From: an uncultured Verrucomicrobiota bacterium
GTDB lineage: Bacteria > Verrucomicrobiota > Verrucomicrobiia > Limisphaerales > UBA8199
Assembly (NCBI GenBank): GCA_964631605.1
Contig: CAZVYG010000010.1
Span: forward strand, 22,353-86,352
Direction of reading: 5' to 3'
Length of the DNA stretch: 64,000 bases
Below are positions 55,958 to 64,000 of this stretch, one piece after another. The first letter of the stretch is position 1, and every line of letters begins with the position of its first letter. Position numbers and translations under genes: made by a program. The notes beneath the pieces are model-generated. The model had not been told where the DNA came from. It saw only the letters and a program-made list of their open reading frames with translations, and did no database searches.

Positions 55958-57622
55958 TCAGGCCGCCAGCGCCCGGTTTAGCGCGCTCAGCACGGCTTTG
56001 ACCGAGGCCAGCTCGATATTGGTGTCCACGCCGGCGCCCCAGCGCGTGCGCCCCTGGCTGTCACGAATCTGAATATAGGCAATCGCCGAGGCTTCCTCGC
56101 CTGCGCTCAAGGCGTGCTCGCTGTAATGCAGAATCTCGAAGCGCGGCACTCCCACACGGCCGAACCCATGCACCAGCGCCGCCAGCGGGCCGTTGCCCTC
56201 GCCCTGGACTTCGACGGCCTGCCCCTCGCGCAGCAGCTCTGCGCGGCAGCGAACCGTCCCGTTCCGGCTCTCGGTTGCGAACGAGCGCAACTGCCAGGGG
56301 CTTGTTCGCTCGATGTACTCGTGCCAGAACATCTCCTTGAGCTCGGCGCCGCTGACTTCGCGGCCCAAACGGTCCACCTCGTCGTTGGCCAGGGGGCCGA
56401 ACTCGCGCTGCATTTCCTTGGGCAACTGGATGCCGAACTCGGTCTCGAGCAGGTAGGCCACACCCCCCTTGCCCGACTGGCTGTTGACGCGGATGACCTC
56501 GCGATACTCGCGGCCAATGTCGCGCGGATCTATGGTCAGATAGGGCACATCCCAGTACTGGCGTTCGCCTTTTGCCCATTCGGCCAGGCCTTTGCGGATG
56601 GCGTCCTGGTGCGAACCGCTGAAGGCGGTGAAGACCAACTCTCCGGCGTAGGGATGACGCGGCGGCACCGTCATGCCGGTGCAACGTTCGTAAATGTCCC
56701 GGAGGGCATTGAGACTGGAGAAGTCCAATTGCGGGTGAATGCCGTGCATGTACAGGTTCAAGGCCACCGTCACGATATCAAGGTTGCCCGTGCGTTCGCC
56801 GTTGCCGAAGAGGGTTCCCTCGACCCGGTCCGCTCCCGCCAACAACCCGAGTTCCGTCGCTGCCACGCCGGTCGAGCGGTCGTTGTGCGTGTGCAGGCTG
56901 ATGATCAGCGCGTCCCGGTTCTTGATGTTGCGGCAAATGTACTCGACCTGGTCCGCATAGATGTTCGGCGTGGCCACTTCCACCGTGTCCGGCAGGTTCA
57001 GAATCGCCTTCCGCTGCGGGGTTGGCTTCCACACTTCCATCACGGCTTCCGAGACCTCCTGGGCAAACTCCACCTCGGTGGCGCTGAAGCTCTCGGGCGA
57101 GTACTGCAACCGCACCTCGGTGCCCTTGAGCAGCGGCAGGCGGTCCTGGATCATTTGGGCGCCTCGCACGGCCACCTTGACAATTTCCGGCTTGGACAGC
57201 CCGAACACGACGCGCCGCTGGGCTGGCGAAGTGGAATTGTAGAGGTGGATGATCGCCTTGCGCGCCCCGATCAGCGATTGGAACGTGCGTTCAATCAAAT
57301 CCTCCCTGGCCTGGACCAGGACCTGGAGCCAGACATCCTCGGGGGCGCGGCGCTCCTCGATCAGCCGCCGGTTGAAGGTGAACTCGGTATTGGAGGCGGA
57401 TGGGAAGCCCACCTCGATCTCCTTGAATCCGCACTTCACCAGCGCCTGGAACAGCTCGAGCTTCTGGCTCACATTCATCGGCACCGCCAGCGCCTGGTTC
57501 CCGTCCCGCAGGTCCACGCTGCACCACATCGGCGCGCGGGTCAGCACCCGGTTGGGCCACTGGCGGTCAGGCAAATGGACAGGGGGAAACGGCCGGTATT
57601 TTTTGGACGGGTCTTTGAGCAT
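55958..57622 (-). CDS. leuA: 2-isopropylmalate synthase (long, LeuA2/actinobacterial-type form)
   Basis: ATG at 57622. KYRPFPPVHLPDRQWPN, WCSVDLRDGNQAL, SLHTHNDRSTGVA, C-terminal regulatory domain. Confidence 0.9.
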   Translation of the reverse strand: MLKDPSKKYRPFPPVHLPDRQWPNRVLTRAPMWCSVDLRDGNQALAVPMNVSQKLELFQALVKCGFKEIEVGFPSASNTEFTFNRRLIEERRAPEDVWLQVLVQAREDLIERTFQSLIGARKAIIHLYNSTSPAQRRVVFGLSKPEIVKVAVRGAQMIQDRLPLLKGTEVRLQYSPESFSATEVEFAQEVSEAVMEVWKPTPQRKAILNLPDTVEVATPNIYADQVEYICRNIKNRDALIISLHTHNDRSTGVAATELGLLAGADRVEGTLFGNGERTGNLDIVTVALNLYMHGIHPQLDFSSLNALRDIYERCTGMTVPPRHPYAGELVFTAFSGSHQDAIRKGLAEWAKGERQYWDVPYLTIDPRDIGREYREVIRVNSQSGKGGVAYLLETEFGIQLPKEMQREFGPLANDEVDRLGREVSGAELKEMFWHEYIERTSPWQLRSFATESRNGTVRCRAELLREGQAVEVQGEGNGPLAALVHGFGRVGVPRFEILHYSEHALSAGEEASAIAYIQIRDSQGRTRWGAGVDTNIELASVKAVLSALNRALAA

Positions 57623-57661
57623 AACAGTCACTTTATCATTGTTGCGCCATCCGCTCAGTGG

Positions 57662-57698
57662 GTAAATAAAAAACCCGCTGCCGGACGGCAACGGGTTT
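57662..57698 (-). terminator. intrinsic terminator of a leucine attenuator, 40 nt upstream of the leuA ATG
   Basis: Minus strand AAACCCGTTGCC-GTCC-GGCAGCGGGTTT: 12-bp stem with one G-U pair and a 4-nt loop, followed by TTTATTT (six consecutive T counting the stem end). Confidence 0.75.
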
Positions 57699-57717
57699 AA
57701 TCAGAATCCTCACCAAA

Positions 57718-57786
57718 CTACAACCCGCCGTCCGCGCCGCTCAGCAGCAGCGCCAGGGATAGCAGCAGGTTCAAGTTCACTTTCAC
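57718..57786 (-). CDS. Leu-rich leader peptide (22 aa from GTG at 57786, or 20 aa from GTG at 57780)
   Basis: GTG AAA GTG AAC TTG AAC CTG CTG CTA TCC CTG GCG CTG CTG CTG AGC GGC GCG GAC GGC GGG TTG TAG gives MKVNLNLLLSLALLLSGADGGL (9 Leu). GAGG lies 8 nt before the second GTG. Confidence 0.55.
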   Translation of the reverse strand: MKVNLNLLLSLALLLSGADGGL

Positions 57787-57792
57787 GACCTC

Positions 57793-57821
57793 AACTTACT
57801 TGTTCCTGTCTCCAACGTCAA
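57793..57821 (-). promoter_or_regulatory. possible sigma-70-type promoter for the leu leader (TTGACG-17 nt-TAAGTT), preceded by A-tract repeats
   Basis: Minus strand GCGCTGAAAAAGCGCTGTGAAAAAGCGCTG-TTGACG-TTGGAGACAGGAACAAG-TAAGTT-GAGGTCGTG. Caveat: the predicted start site would fall at or after the GAGG, which conflicts with SD-dependent leader initiation. Confidence 0.3.
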
Positions 57822-57951
57822 CAGCGCTTTTTCACAGCGCTTTTTCAGCGCCCCGGGCAACGGCCGACCGCCCGGCTTCCCTGTTTCGCCCGCAAACCCA
57901 CCAGGGCAATGCGCCGGTTGGGGCTGGCGCCGGCGTCCGTGGGCGGCCGTT

Positions 57952-59169
57952 TCAGCCGATGAAGGCAGCGTGGACCGCCTTCATGGCTTTTTCGCCGTGC
58001 GCCAGATCAATCACGACCGAGATTTTGATTTCGCTGGTGGAAATCATGTCAATGTTGATCCCCTCGCGGGCGAGGGTTTCGAACATTTTCCCGGCCACGC
58101 CGGTGTGACTCTTCATGCCCACCCCCACCAGGCTCAGTTTGGCGATCTTGTCGGTCGCAATCACTTGGTCAAAACCGATCTCGCCTTTCAGCCCTTCGAT
58201 GACCTTTTGCGCCTTGAGCAAATCCGGCTTGTCCACGGTGAAGGAGAGGTCCGTGGCCGGTTTGCCGCTGCCGTGGCTGATGTTCTGCACAATCATGTCC
58301 ACGTTAATAGCCGCGTCTCCAATGGCTTTGAAGATGCGGGCGGCGATTCCGGGGTGGTCCGGGACCGCCACCAGCGTGATTTTGGCCTGGTTTTTGTCGA
58401 GCGAGACGCCGCGCACCACGACGCCTTCCATGCTTTTGGTTTCTTCTTTCACAATCGTTCCTGGGTTGTCGTTTAAGCTGGATCGAACTTCAAACACCAC
58501 CCCGAATTTCTTGGCGAACTCGACGGAGCGAGACTGCATCACCTTGGCGCCGAGACTGGCCAGTTCGAGCATCTCGTCATAGGAAATTTCCTCCATCTTT
58601 TTCGCATTGGGGACGATGCGGGGGTCGGCGGTATAAACGCCGTCCACGTCGGTGTAAATCTGGCACAGGTCGGCTTTGACGGCCGCCGCCAGCGCGATGG
58701 CGGTGAGATCGGACCCGCCGCGGCCGAGGGTGGTAATCTGGCCCTCGGGGGTCTGGCCCTGGAACCCGGCCACAATGACCACATTACCTTGAGCCAGGAG
58801 TTCATGGATGCGGCGGGGAGTGATGTTTTGAATTTTGGCCTTGGTGTGAACGCCATCGGTGACGATGCCCGCCTGCGCACCGGTGAGGGAGACGGCCTTG
58901 ACTCCCAGGGCATGCAGCGCGATGGCGGTCAAGGCGATGGTGGTCTGTTCGCCCGTCGCCAGCAGCATGTCCATCTCGCGCTCATTGGGCAGGGCCATGA
59001 TTTCCTTGGCCAGCTTGATGAGGCTGTCTGTGACGCCGCTCATGGCCGACACCACTACGACGACCTGGTCTCCCTTCTGATGGTAACTGGCGACGCGCGC
59101 CGCCACGTTCTTGATTCGCTCCGTGTTGGCCACGGAGGACCCGCCATATTTCTGAACTATTAATGCCAT
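57952..59169 (-). CDS. lysC: aspartate kinase with C-terminal ACT domains
   Basis: MALIVQKYGGSSVANTERI, VVVVSAMSGVTD, TLGRGGSDLTA. Confidence 0.95.
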   Translation of the reverse strand: MALIVQKYGGSSVANTERIKNVAARVASYHQKGDQVVVVVSAMSGVTDSLIKLAKEIMALPNEREMDMLLATGEQTTIALTAIALHALGVKAVSLTGAQAGIVTDGVHTKAKIQNITPRRIHELLAQGNVVIVAGFQGQTPEGQITTLGRGGSDLTAIALAAAVKADLCQIYTDVDGVYTADPRIVPNAKKMEEISYDEMLELASLGAKVMQSRSVEFAKKFGVVFEVRSSLNDNPGTIVKEETKSMEGVVVRGVSLDKNQAKITLVAVPDHPGIAARIFKAIGDAAINVDMIVQNISHGSGKPATDLSFTVDKPDLLKAQKVIEGLKGEIGFDQVIATDKIAKLSLVGVGMKSHTGVAGKMFETLAREGINIDMISTSEIKISVVIDLAHGEKAMKAVHAAFIG

Positions 59170-59215
59170 AAAACTTCAACCGCTCCGCCGGTGTTTCCCG
59201 GCGCCGGCTCGCTGC

Positions 59216-60535
59216 CTAATTAAAATTCTCCACCCGAATCAGCACCGGTTGACCCTTCACGACCGGCAGAGCCCGGATGCGCTGCAAGGCCCTAAGGACC
59301 GCGCCGTTTGGAGCCTCATGCAGCATCATGATCAGCGGCACGCTGCCGCCTTCGTGCCCCTCGGGCTGAATCACCGAGGAGATGCCGATCTGAGCGTCGC
59401 CAAAGATGCGGCTGATTCGGGCGAGCGTTCCGGGACGGTCCGCGACGTTCAAACGAACGAAATAGCGGGAAACCACCTCGCGGATCGGGACCACCGCGCC
59501 GCCGCGGGCGTGAGGCACAAAGGCCGGCACGCGGCCCTTGGTTCCACCGGTGAGGTCGAGAGCCGCATCCGCCAGGTCGCTCAGCACCGCACTGGCCGTG
59601 GCATCCTTGCCGGCGCCGCGGCCATAAAAGAGCGTGTCTCCGACGATGTCGCCGCGGACAAAGACCGCGTTGAAGACATGGTTGACGCTGGCCAGCACGT
59701 GCGTGTTGGGCACCAGCGTGGGATAGACCGAAACCTGAATGCGCGGCGCCTGGCCGCCGGTTTCGTCCGGTCCCGCCTTGATAATGCCCAGCAGCTTGAT
59801 CGTGTAGCCCAATTGCCCCGCATATTGCATGTCCAGCCGCGTGATCCCGCGAATTCCCTCGACGTAAATCTTCCCGGGCTTCACCCAGAAACCGTGAGCC
59901 AGCGACGCCAGAATGCCGATCTTGTGCTGCGCGTCATACCCATCCACGTCCAGCGAAGGCTCCGCCTCGGCGTACCCCTGCGCCTGCGCGTCCTTCAACA
60001 CGGCCTCGAAGTCCGCCCCTTCGAGTTTCATCCGGGTCAGGATGTAGTTGCAGGTCCCGTTGACAATGCCGTAAAGGTGCGTGATCCGGTTGCCGACGAA
60101 GCCCTCGCGCAGCGATTTGATGATGGGAATGCCGCCGCAAACGCTGGCCTCGTAGTACAGATTCGTTCGGTGTTTTCTTGCCGCCGCGAACAGCTCCTCC
60201 CCATGCGCGGACAGCAGCGCTTTGTTGGCCGTGATCACGGGCTTGCCCAATTCCAGCGCCGCCAGGACCATGGTCCGAGCGATGGTTGTGCCCCCGACCA
60301 GTTCGGTGACGATGTCCACTGTCGGGTCGTGGACGACCTGTCGCCAATCCAGCGTCATCAGCGATCGCGGGATGCTATAGGGCCGGGGCTCGTCGAAGGC
60401 TTTCACGGCGACTTTCCGAACCCGGATCGGCACTCCAATGCGCGCGGCCAGGAGCTCACCGTTGAGCCGCAGCGCGTGATAGACGCCGCTGCCCACCGTT
60501 CCCCCGCCAATCATGCCAAGGTTAACCTGCCGCAT
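59216..60535 (-). CDS. hom: homoserine dehydrogenase with a C-terminal ACT domain
   Basis: ATG at 60535. LGMIGGGTVGSGV, VITANKALLS, YYEASVCGGIPII, C-terminal ACT-like FVRLNVADRPGTLARISRIFG. Confidence 0.9.
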   Translation of the reverse strand: MRQVNLGMIGGGTVGSGVYHALRLNGELLAARIGVPIRVRKVAVKAFDEPRPYSIPRSLMTLDWRQVVHDPTVDIVTELVGGTTIARTMVLAALELGKPVITANKALLSAHGEELFAAARKHRTNLYYEASVCGGIPIIKSLREGFVGNRITHLYGIVNGTCNYILTRMKLEGADFEAVLKDAQAQGYAEAEPSLDVDGYDAQHKIGILASLAHGFWVKPGKIYVEGIRGITRLDMQYAGQLGYTIKLLGIIKAGPDETGGQAPRIQVSVYPTLVPNTHVLASVNHVFNAVFVRGDIVGDTLFYGRGAGKDATASAVLSDLADAALDLTGGTKGRVPAFVPHARGGAVVPIREVVSRYFVRLNVADRPGTLARISRIFGDAQIGISSVIQPEGHEGGSVPLIMMLHEAPNGAVLRALQRIRALPVVKGQPVLIRVENFN

Positions 60536-60773
60536 AGTCAATTGTTATGGCCGGGCAGCATGAAGAAATCCGGATTATAAAACAATCCCTAAGTGTAAAG
60601 TGCGACTTCCCCGGTTCTCGGCGCTCCGGGCTGTGTTGGCTGGCTGCCGCCTGGGGCCGGTCTGGCCAGACAAGCGGTGGGGATTAAGTGGCGGGAGGTG
60701 CCGAATGGCTCACTGGAGGGCGACACGACCGGGAGGAGAACGATGACACCCGCCCCCTGGAGCCTCCCTTAAA

Positions 60774-61082
60774 TTACGCCCGGGGGTTGGGCGGCGAGCC
60801 GCCGTTTAGTTTGTCCTGGACGGCCTGCACGATGGAATTGACGTTTTGAAGAATCTGACGGGCCGCGGCGGGGTCCGGGATTTTCAAACCGAAGGTCTTG
60901 TCCAGCGCCACGACCAACTGCAAGGCGTCCACGGAATCCAGACCGAGGCTGCCCGGCCCGAAGAGCGGTTGCTCGTCGCCGATCTCGGCGGGGCTGACTT
61001 GGAGCATGAGGTTTTCGACCATCATGTCCTTGATTCTGGATTTGAGTGTGTTTGCGTCCTCCATGCTAATAAATTCCGCCAT
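60774..61082 (-). CDS. acyl carrier protein-like (second, non-acpP carrier)
   Basis: PLFGPGSLGLDSVDALQLVVALDKTFG (D-S-x phosphopantetheine motif). Start is ATG at 61082 or 61064. Confidence 0.7.
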   Translation of the reverse strand: MAEFISMEDANTLKSRIKDMMVENLMLQVSPAEIGDEQPLFGPGSLGLDSVDALQLVVALDKTFGLKIPDPAAARQILQNVNSIVQAVQDKLNGGSPPNPRA

Positions 61083-61797
61083 CCACTTTCAAAACGGCGC
61101 CGGTGACGTAGCTGGCAGCGGAGCTGGCGAGGAAGACCACGGCCGCAGCCACTTCCTCCGGCTTGCCAAACCGGCGCATGGGCACTCGGGCCTGGGCCGC
61201 CCGGCGCTCCTCCGGGCCCAGTGACTGGAGTGCCTCGGTGTCAATGTAACCCGGGCAAACGGCGTTGACGGTAATATTGAGGCGGGCGACCTCTTTGGCC
61301 AGGGATTGGGTCAGGGCGACCAGTCCGGCCTTGGCGGCGGCGTAGTTGGCCTGGCCCGGCGGCGGAAGCAGCGCGCTCAGTGAGGCGATGTTGACAATTC
61401 GCCCGCTTCGTTGGGCGATCATGGCCGGGAGCACGGCCTGGCATCCGTGGAAAGCGCCGTCCAGGTGCGTGGCCAGGACTTCCTCCCATTGGGGAGAGGG
61501 CATGGTCGCCAGCAAACCATCCGAGTGGGTTCCCGCATTGTTGACCAGCACGTCAATCCGGGAGTGGGTATCGGAGACCATCTTGACCGCTGCCTGCCAC
61601 TCGGCCGGTTGAGTAACGTCCAAGTCCAAACAGCGGGAACGGCCGGGAAACTCGCGGGCCAAGGATTCCGCCCGCTCCCGCCGCCGCCGCACTCCCAGCC
61701 AGACGAAGTTCCCGGGGGACTCGCGCAAGAATGCCGCCGCGATGGCCTGACCCAGACCTCCGTTGGCTCCCGTGACAATAACGACTCGCAAATTCAA
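61066..61797 (-). CDS. SDR-family 3-oxoacyl-ACP reductase-like protein
   Basis: VVIVTGANGGLGQAIA, LVNNAGT, NYAAAKAGLVAL (YxxxK), FLASSAASYVTGAVLKVDGG. TTG start at 61797 is inferred. Confidence 0.75.
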   Translation of the reverse strand: MNLRVVIVTGANGGLGQAIAAAFLRESPGNFVWLGVRRRRERAESLAREFPGRSRCLDLDVTQPAEWQAAVKMVSDTHSRIDVLVNNAGTHSDGLLATMPSPQWEEVLATHLDGAFHGCQAVLPAMIAQRSGRIVNIASLSALLPPPGQANYAAAKAGLVALTQSLAKEVARLNITVNAVCPGYIDTEALQSLGPEERRAAQARVPMRRFGKPEEVAAAVVFLASSAASYVTGAVLKVDGGIY

Positions 61798-61892
61798 CTC
61801 GATTTTGAACCACAGTAGAAAAATCACGGGGGAAGTCAATTCGATGAGGTTTGCGCTTGGCCGGCCACCCCAGGGTGGGAAACAATCAGGCA

Positions 61893-62633
61893 ATGGATTG
61901 GACGTCCAATTGCGTTGCGGTGGTTCCCTGCCTGAACGAGGCCGCGTTCATCGGCGAAGTGGTGGCGGGCGTGCGCCGGCACCTGCCCACGGTGCTCGTT
62001 GTGGATGACGGTTCGGTGGATGGGACGGATCAAGCGGCGCGGAAAGCGGGCGCGGAGGTGGTCCGTCACCCGAACTGGCAAGGCAAAGGAGCGGCGATCC
62101 AGTCCGGCTGCACCTGGGCTCGCGATCGAGCTTTTGAGTGGGTCATCCTGCTGGACGGAGACGGGCAGCATGACCCCGGCGATATTCCGGCTTTTTTCGA
62201 CTGCGCAAAACGTGAAAGGGCGCAACTGGTCGTGGGGAACCGGATGGAGGGCGCGGAAGCGATGCCTTTCATCCGGCGGTGGGTCAACCGGTGGATGAGC
62301 GCGCGCCTGAGCCGGTGGGCCGGACAGGCATGGCCGGACACCCAGTGCGGCTTTCGTCTGATTCAACTCGACACCTGGACGACCCTGCCCATCCACGCCA
62401 CGCATTTCGAAATTGAATCGGAAATGTTGCTGGCCTTCGCGGCTGCCGGCGCCCGGATTGCTTTTGTCCCCATTCGAGTGATTTACCACGTCGAGCGGAG
62501 CAAAATACGCCCGTGGCGGGACACGGTGCGGTGGATGCGATGGTGGCGAGCGGTGAAAAGAGCAGGGGTGCCCCGGGGGAGACCGACCGCTTCGGCGGCA
62601 CTGCAACCCCCCGGGGTGGAGAAGAGGAAATGA
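61893..62633 (+). CDS. family 2 glycosyltransferase (polyprenol-phosphate sugar transferase-like)
   Basis: ATG at 61893. VAVVPCLNEAAFIGEV, LVVDDGSVDGT, ILLDGDGQHDP, QCGFRL. Confidence 0.8.
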   Translation: MDWTSNCVAVVPCLNEAAFIGEVVAGVRRHLPTVLVVDDGSVDGTDQAARKAGAEVVRHPNWQGKGAAIQSGCTWARDRAFEWVILLDGDGQHDPGDIPAFFDCAKRERAQLVVGNRMEGAEAMPFIRRWVNRWMSARLSRWAGQAWPDTQCGFRLIQLDTWTTLPIHATHFEIESEMLLAFAAAGARIAFVPIRVIYHVERSKIRPWRDTVRWMRWWRAVKRAGVPRGRPTASAALQPPGVEKRK

Positions 62634-62759
62634 AACCCGGACCCGGCAGGGCACGCTCTGCGAGTGCGCCGCTTCCGGACCCTTCGAGCGCGTTAGTTGC
62701 CGGCCGTGGCTTGCATTACTTATACCGCAGGGTATTAGAACCAAGTTCGGTTGCATGTT

Positions 62760-63167
62760 ATGATTGACTTTAAATCCGGTTCCTTCTCGCGACGGTTCCT
62801 CCGGGGTCTGGCCTGGCGCGCCGGTTTGTTCCTTCTGGTTGCGGTTGGGGTGGGAAGCCTAATGAATACTGTTTGTGCCAGCTTGGAAAAGGAGACCGTG
62901 CCCGCAGGTTTTGGGCGGGGCATGATTCAAGGGGCGTTGATGCCCATGACCTGGCCGGCCCTCGCTGCGGGACGGGATGTCACCATCTATTCGATTCACA
63001 ACCGGGGGGTCAGTTACAAGCTGGGCTACACCGCAGGTGTAAACCTGTGCGGGGCAGTGTTTTTCGGGCTGGTTTTCTGGCGGCTGGGCCGCTTGCGCGC
63101 GTGGGCGCGGCAGCGGGGGGTGGGCCACGGGGCGGGCGACCCCGGGAGCGGCGGGCAAAAAGATTGA
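62760..63167 (+). CDS. hypothetical membrane protein
   Basis: ORF with two or three hydrophobic segments (AGLFLLVAVGVGSL, LCGAVFFGLVFW); no family recognised. Confidence 0.45.
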   Translation: MIDFKSGSFSRRFLRGLAWRAGLFLLVAVGVGSLMNTVCASLEKETVPAGFGRGMIQGALMPMTWPALAAGRDVTIYSIHNRGVSYKLGYTAGVNLCGAVFFGLVFWRLGRLRAWARQRGVGHGAGDPGSGGQKD

Positions 63168-63232
63168 GCGATCCGGCCGGTCCTATTGTCAATATGTTGT
63201 AGAAATGGTTTTGACAATAAACGTTTGAGAAC

Positions 63233-63469
63233 ATGAGACGACCAATCAAAGATGAGTTCACGGACCTGCCGGTGTCGCGCCAGCGGAAGTATCAGTTGCG
63301 AATGCAGCGGGATAAGCGCTGCACGGAGTGCGGCAAACCCGCGGTCCATGGGTCGCGCTGCGTGGAGCACCTGGTGAAGGCGCGGGAACGGCAACGGATT
63401 AAGCGGGGTCTGAAACGGCGCTACTACAACACCTTAAGTTATCAACTGGAGCGTTCGTTGGCTGCCTGA
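63233..63469 (+). CDS. small basic protein with a CxxC...CxxH zinc-ribbon-like motif
   Basis: 78 aa, Arg/Lys-rich, RCTECGKPAVHGSRCVEH; no family recognised. Confidence 0.45.
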   Translation: MRRPIKDEFTDLPVSRQRKYQLRMQRDKRCTECGKPAVHGSRCVEHLVKARERQRIKRGLKRRYYNTLSYQLERSLAA

Positions 63470-63602
63470 AGGCGTGCTGCCGTCTGGCGGTTGGAACCGG
63501 CTTTTGAGCTTGCGGTGCAAGGAAGGTTGCACTGGCAGGGACTGGGGGGCGGGTTTCGGCGCCGGGCTTTGGTTAGTCAGTGATAATCAACGCGGTGAGT
63601 TG

Positions 63603-63636
63603 CTGGCGGGGTCTGGGCGTTTTCCCCGCCAGTTTT
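63603..63636 (+). terminator. rho-independent terminator
   Basis: 9-bp stem CTGGCGGGG/CCCCGCCAG, 12-nt loop, then TTTT; abuts the stop codon of the convergent GspE-like gene. Confidence 0.6.
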
Positions 63637-63637
63637 G

Positions 63638-64000
63638 CTAATGGGCCGACGTGAGGACCAGCACCTGTTCAAGAGTTGAAACTCCTTCCCGGACGCGGTC
63701 CAGGGCCACCATGCGGAGCGTGCGCATGCCCTGACCGATGGCGATTTTACCCATCTCCCGGCTGCTGGCCCGGGCGATGATGAGTTTGCGGATTTCGTCG
63801 GTGATGGTCATGGCTTCGATAATCGCAAGCCGGCCGAGATAACCGGAGTTCTTGCAGCGTTCGCACCCGTGGCCGCGGTAAAGGGTGGTGCCGTCAAAGA
63901 TGCTCGGATCAATGCCAAGGTCCTGGAACATTTTGGGAGGGTAGGTCACGGGCTCCTTGCAGTGCGAACAGATGCGCCGCATCAGGCGCTGGGCGCAGGA
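63638..64000 (-). CDS. type II secretion/type IV pilus assembly ATPase (GspE/PilB family), C-terminal part only
   Basis: RRICSHCKE...YRGHGCERCKNSGYLGRLAIIE (tetra-Cys motif) ...MRTLRMVALDRVREGVSTLEQV. The frame continues past the window end. Confidence 0.85.
   Translation of the reverse strand, partial: SCAQRLMRRICSHCKEPVTYPPKMFQDLGIDPSIFDGTTLYRGHGCERCKNSGYLGRLAIIEAMTITDEIRKLIIARASSREMGKIAIGQGMRTLRMVALDRVREGVSTLEQVLVLTSAH

Noticed and set aside
59170-59215. Lysine riboswitch (L-box) or other leader upstream of lysC.
   Set aside because: Only 46 nt separate hom and lysC, too short for an L-box. It contains just a small CGCCGG/CCGGCG hairpin, so lysC is most simply co-transcribed with hom.
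1-64000. CRISPR arrays, rRNA genes, IS elements or transposases, toxin-antitoxin pairs, and known phage-defence gene signatures.
   Set aside because: I scanned all intergenic gaps and ORF translations. There were no regularly spaced longer repeats, and no nuclease, helicase, methylase, reverse-transcriptase or transposase motifs. The only repeats found are the short ones reported.

Overview
GC-rich bacterial chromosomal segment. Its gene content (alternative complex III, many secreted proteins sharing an 'FYRV' beta-sandwich-like motif, ECF sigma modules) suggests a Verrucomicrobiota/PVC-type organism; this is inference only, no search was possible. I support about 53 protein genes, one tRNA-Leu(TAG), three to four intrinsic terminators and several short repeats. 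No CRISPR array, rRNA, transposase or integrase was seen.

Main blocks:
- 1-8534 (minus strand): hemA, a CcsA/HemX-like gene, a phosphohexomutase, an orphan nuoA, an ECF sigma / anti-sigma / membrane-protein module, and an asparagine-synthetase-like gene lacking the Cys nucleophile.
- 9066-20160: an 11-gene, translationally coupled respiratory operon, actABCDEF (alternative complex III) followed by a cbb3-oxidase-like module.
- 23739-28768: hemE-hemN-hemY-hemH.
- 28902-36577: trpB2, an outer-membrane protein, a URO-D paralog, galM, and acpP-fabF-deoA.
- 36553-45169: a PL8 lyase, tRNA-Leu, secreted proteins, ydhR and an M1 aminopeptidase.
- 45275-55933: GT2-glnE and a sugar-acid cluster (kdgK, gnd, LarA-like, SDR, YidE-like transporter).
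- 55958-60535 (minus strand): hom-lysC, then a Leu-rich leader with terminator, then leuA.
- 60774-64000: ACP with an SDR, a GT2, small proteins, and a partial GspE/PilB ATPase.

Most notable observations:
- The CcoN-like subunit appears to have lost nearly all canonical heme/CuB histidine ligands.
- The adjacent CcoO-like cytochrome carries a complete ribosomal L7/L12 C-terminal-domain-like insertion.
- A textbook leucine leader-peptide attenuator sits upstream of leuA.
- hemA has an in-frame TGA at a conserved Gly codon.

Many adjacent genes overlap by ATGA or TGATG (5406, 9716, 12949, 14911, 16819, 17193, 18656, 19558, 24851, 27731, 46237), so TGA is a genuine stop codon in this genome.
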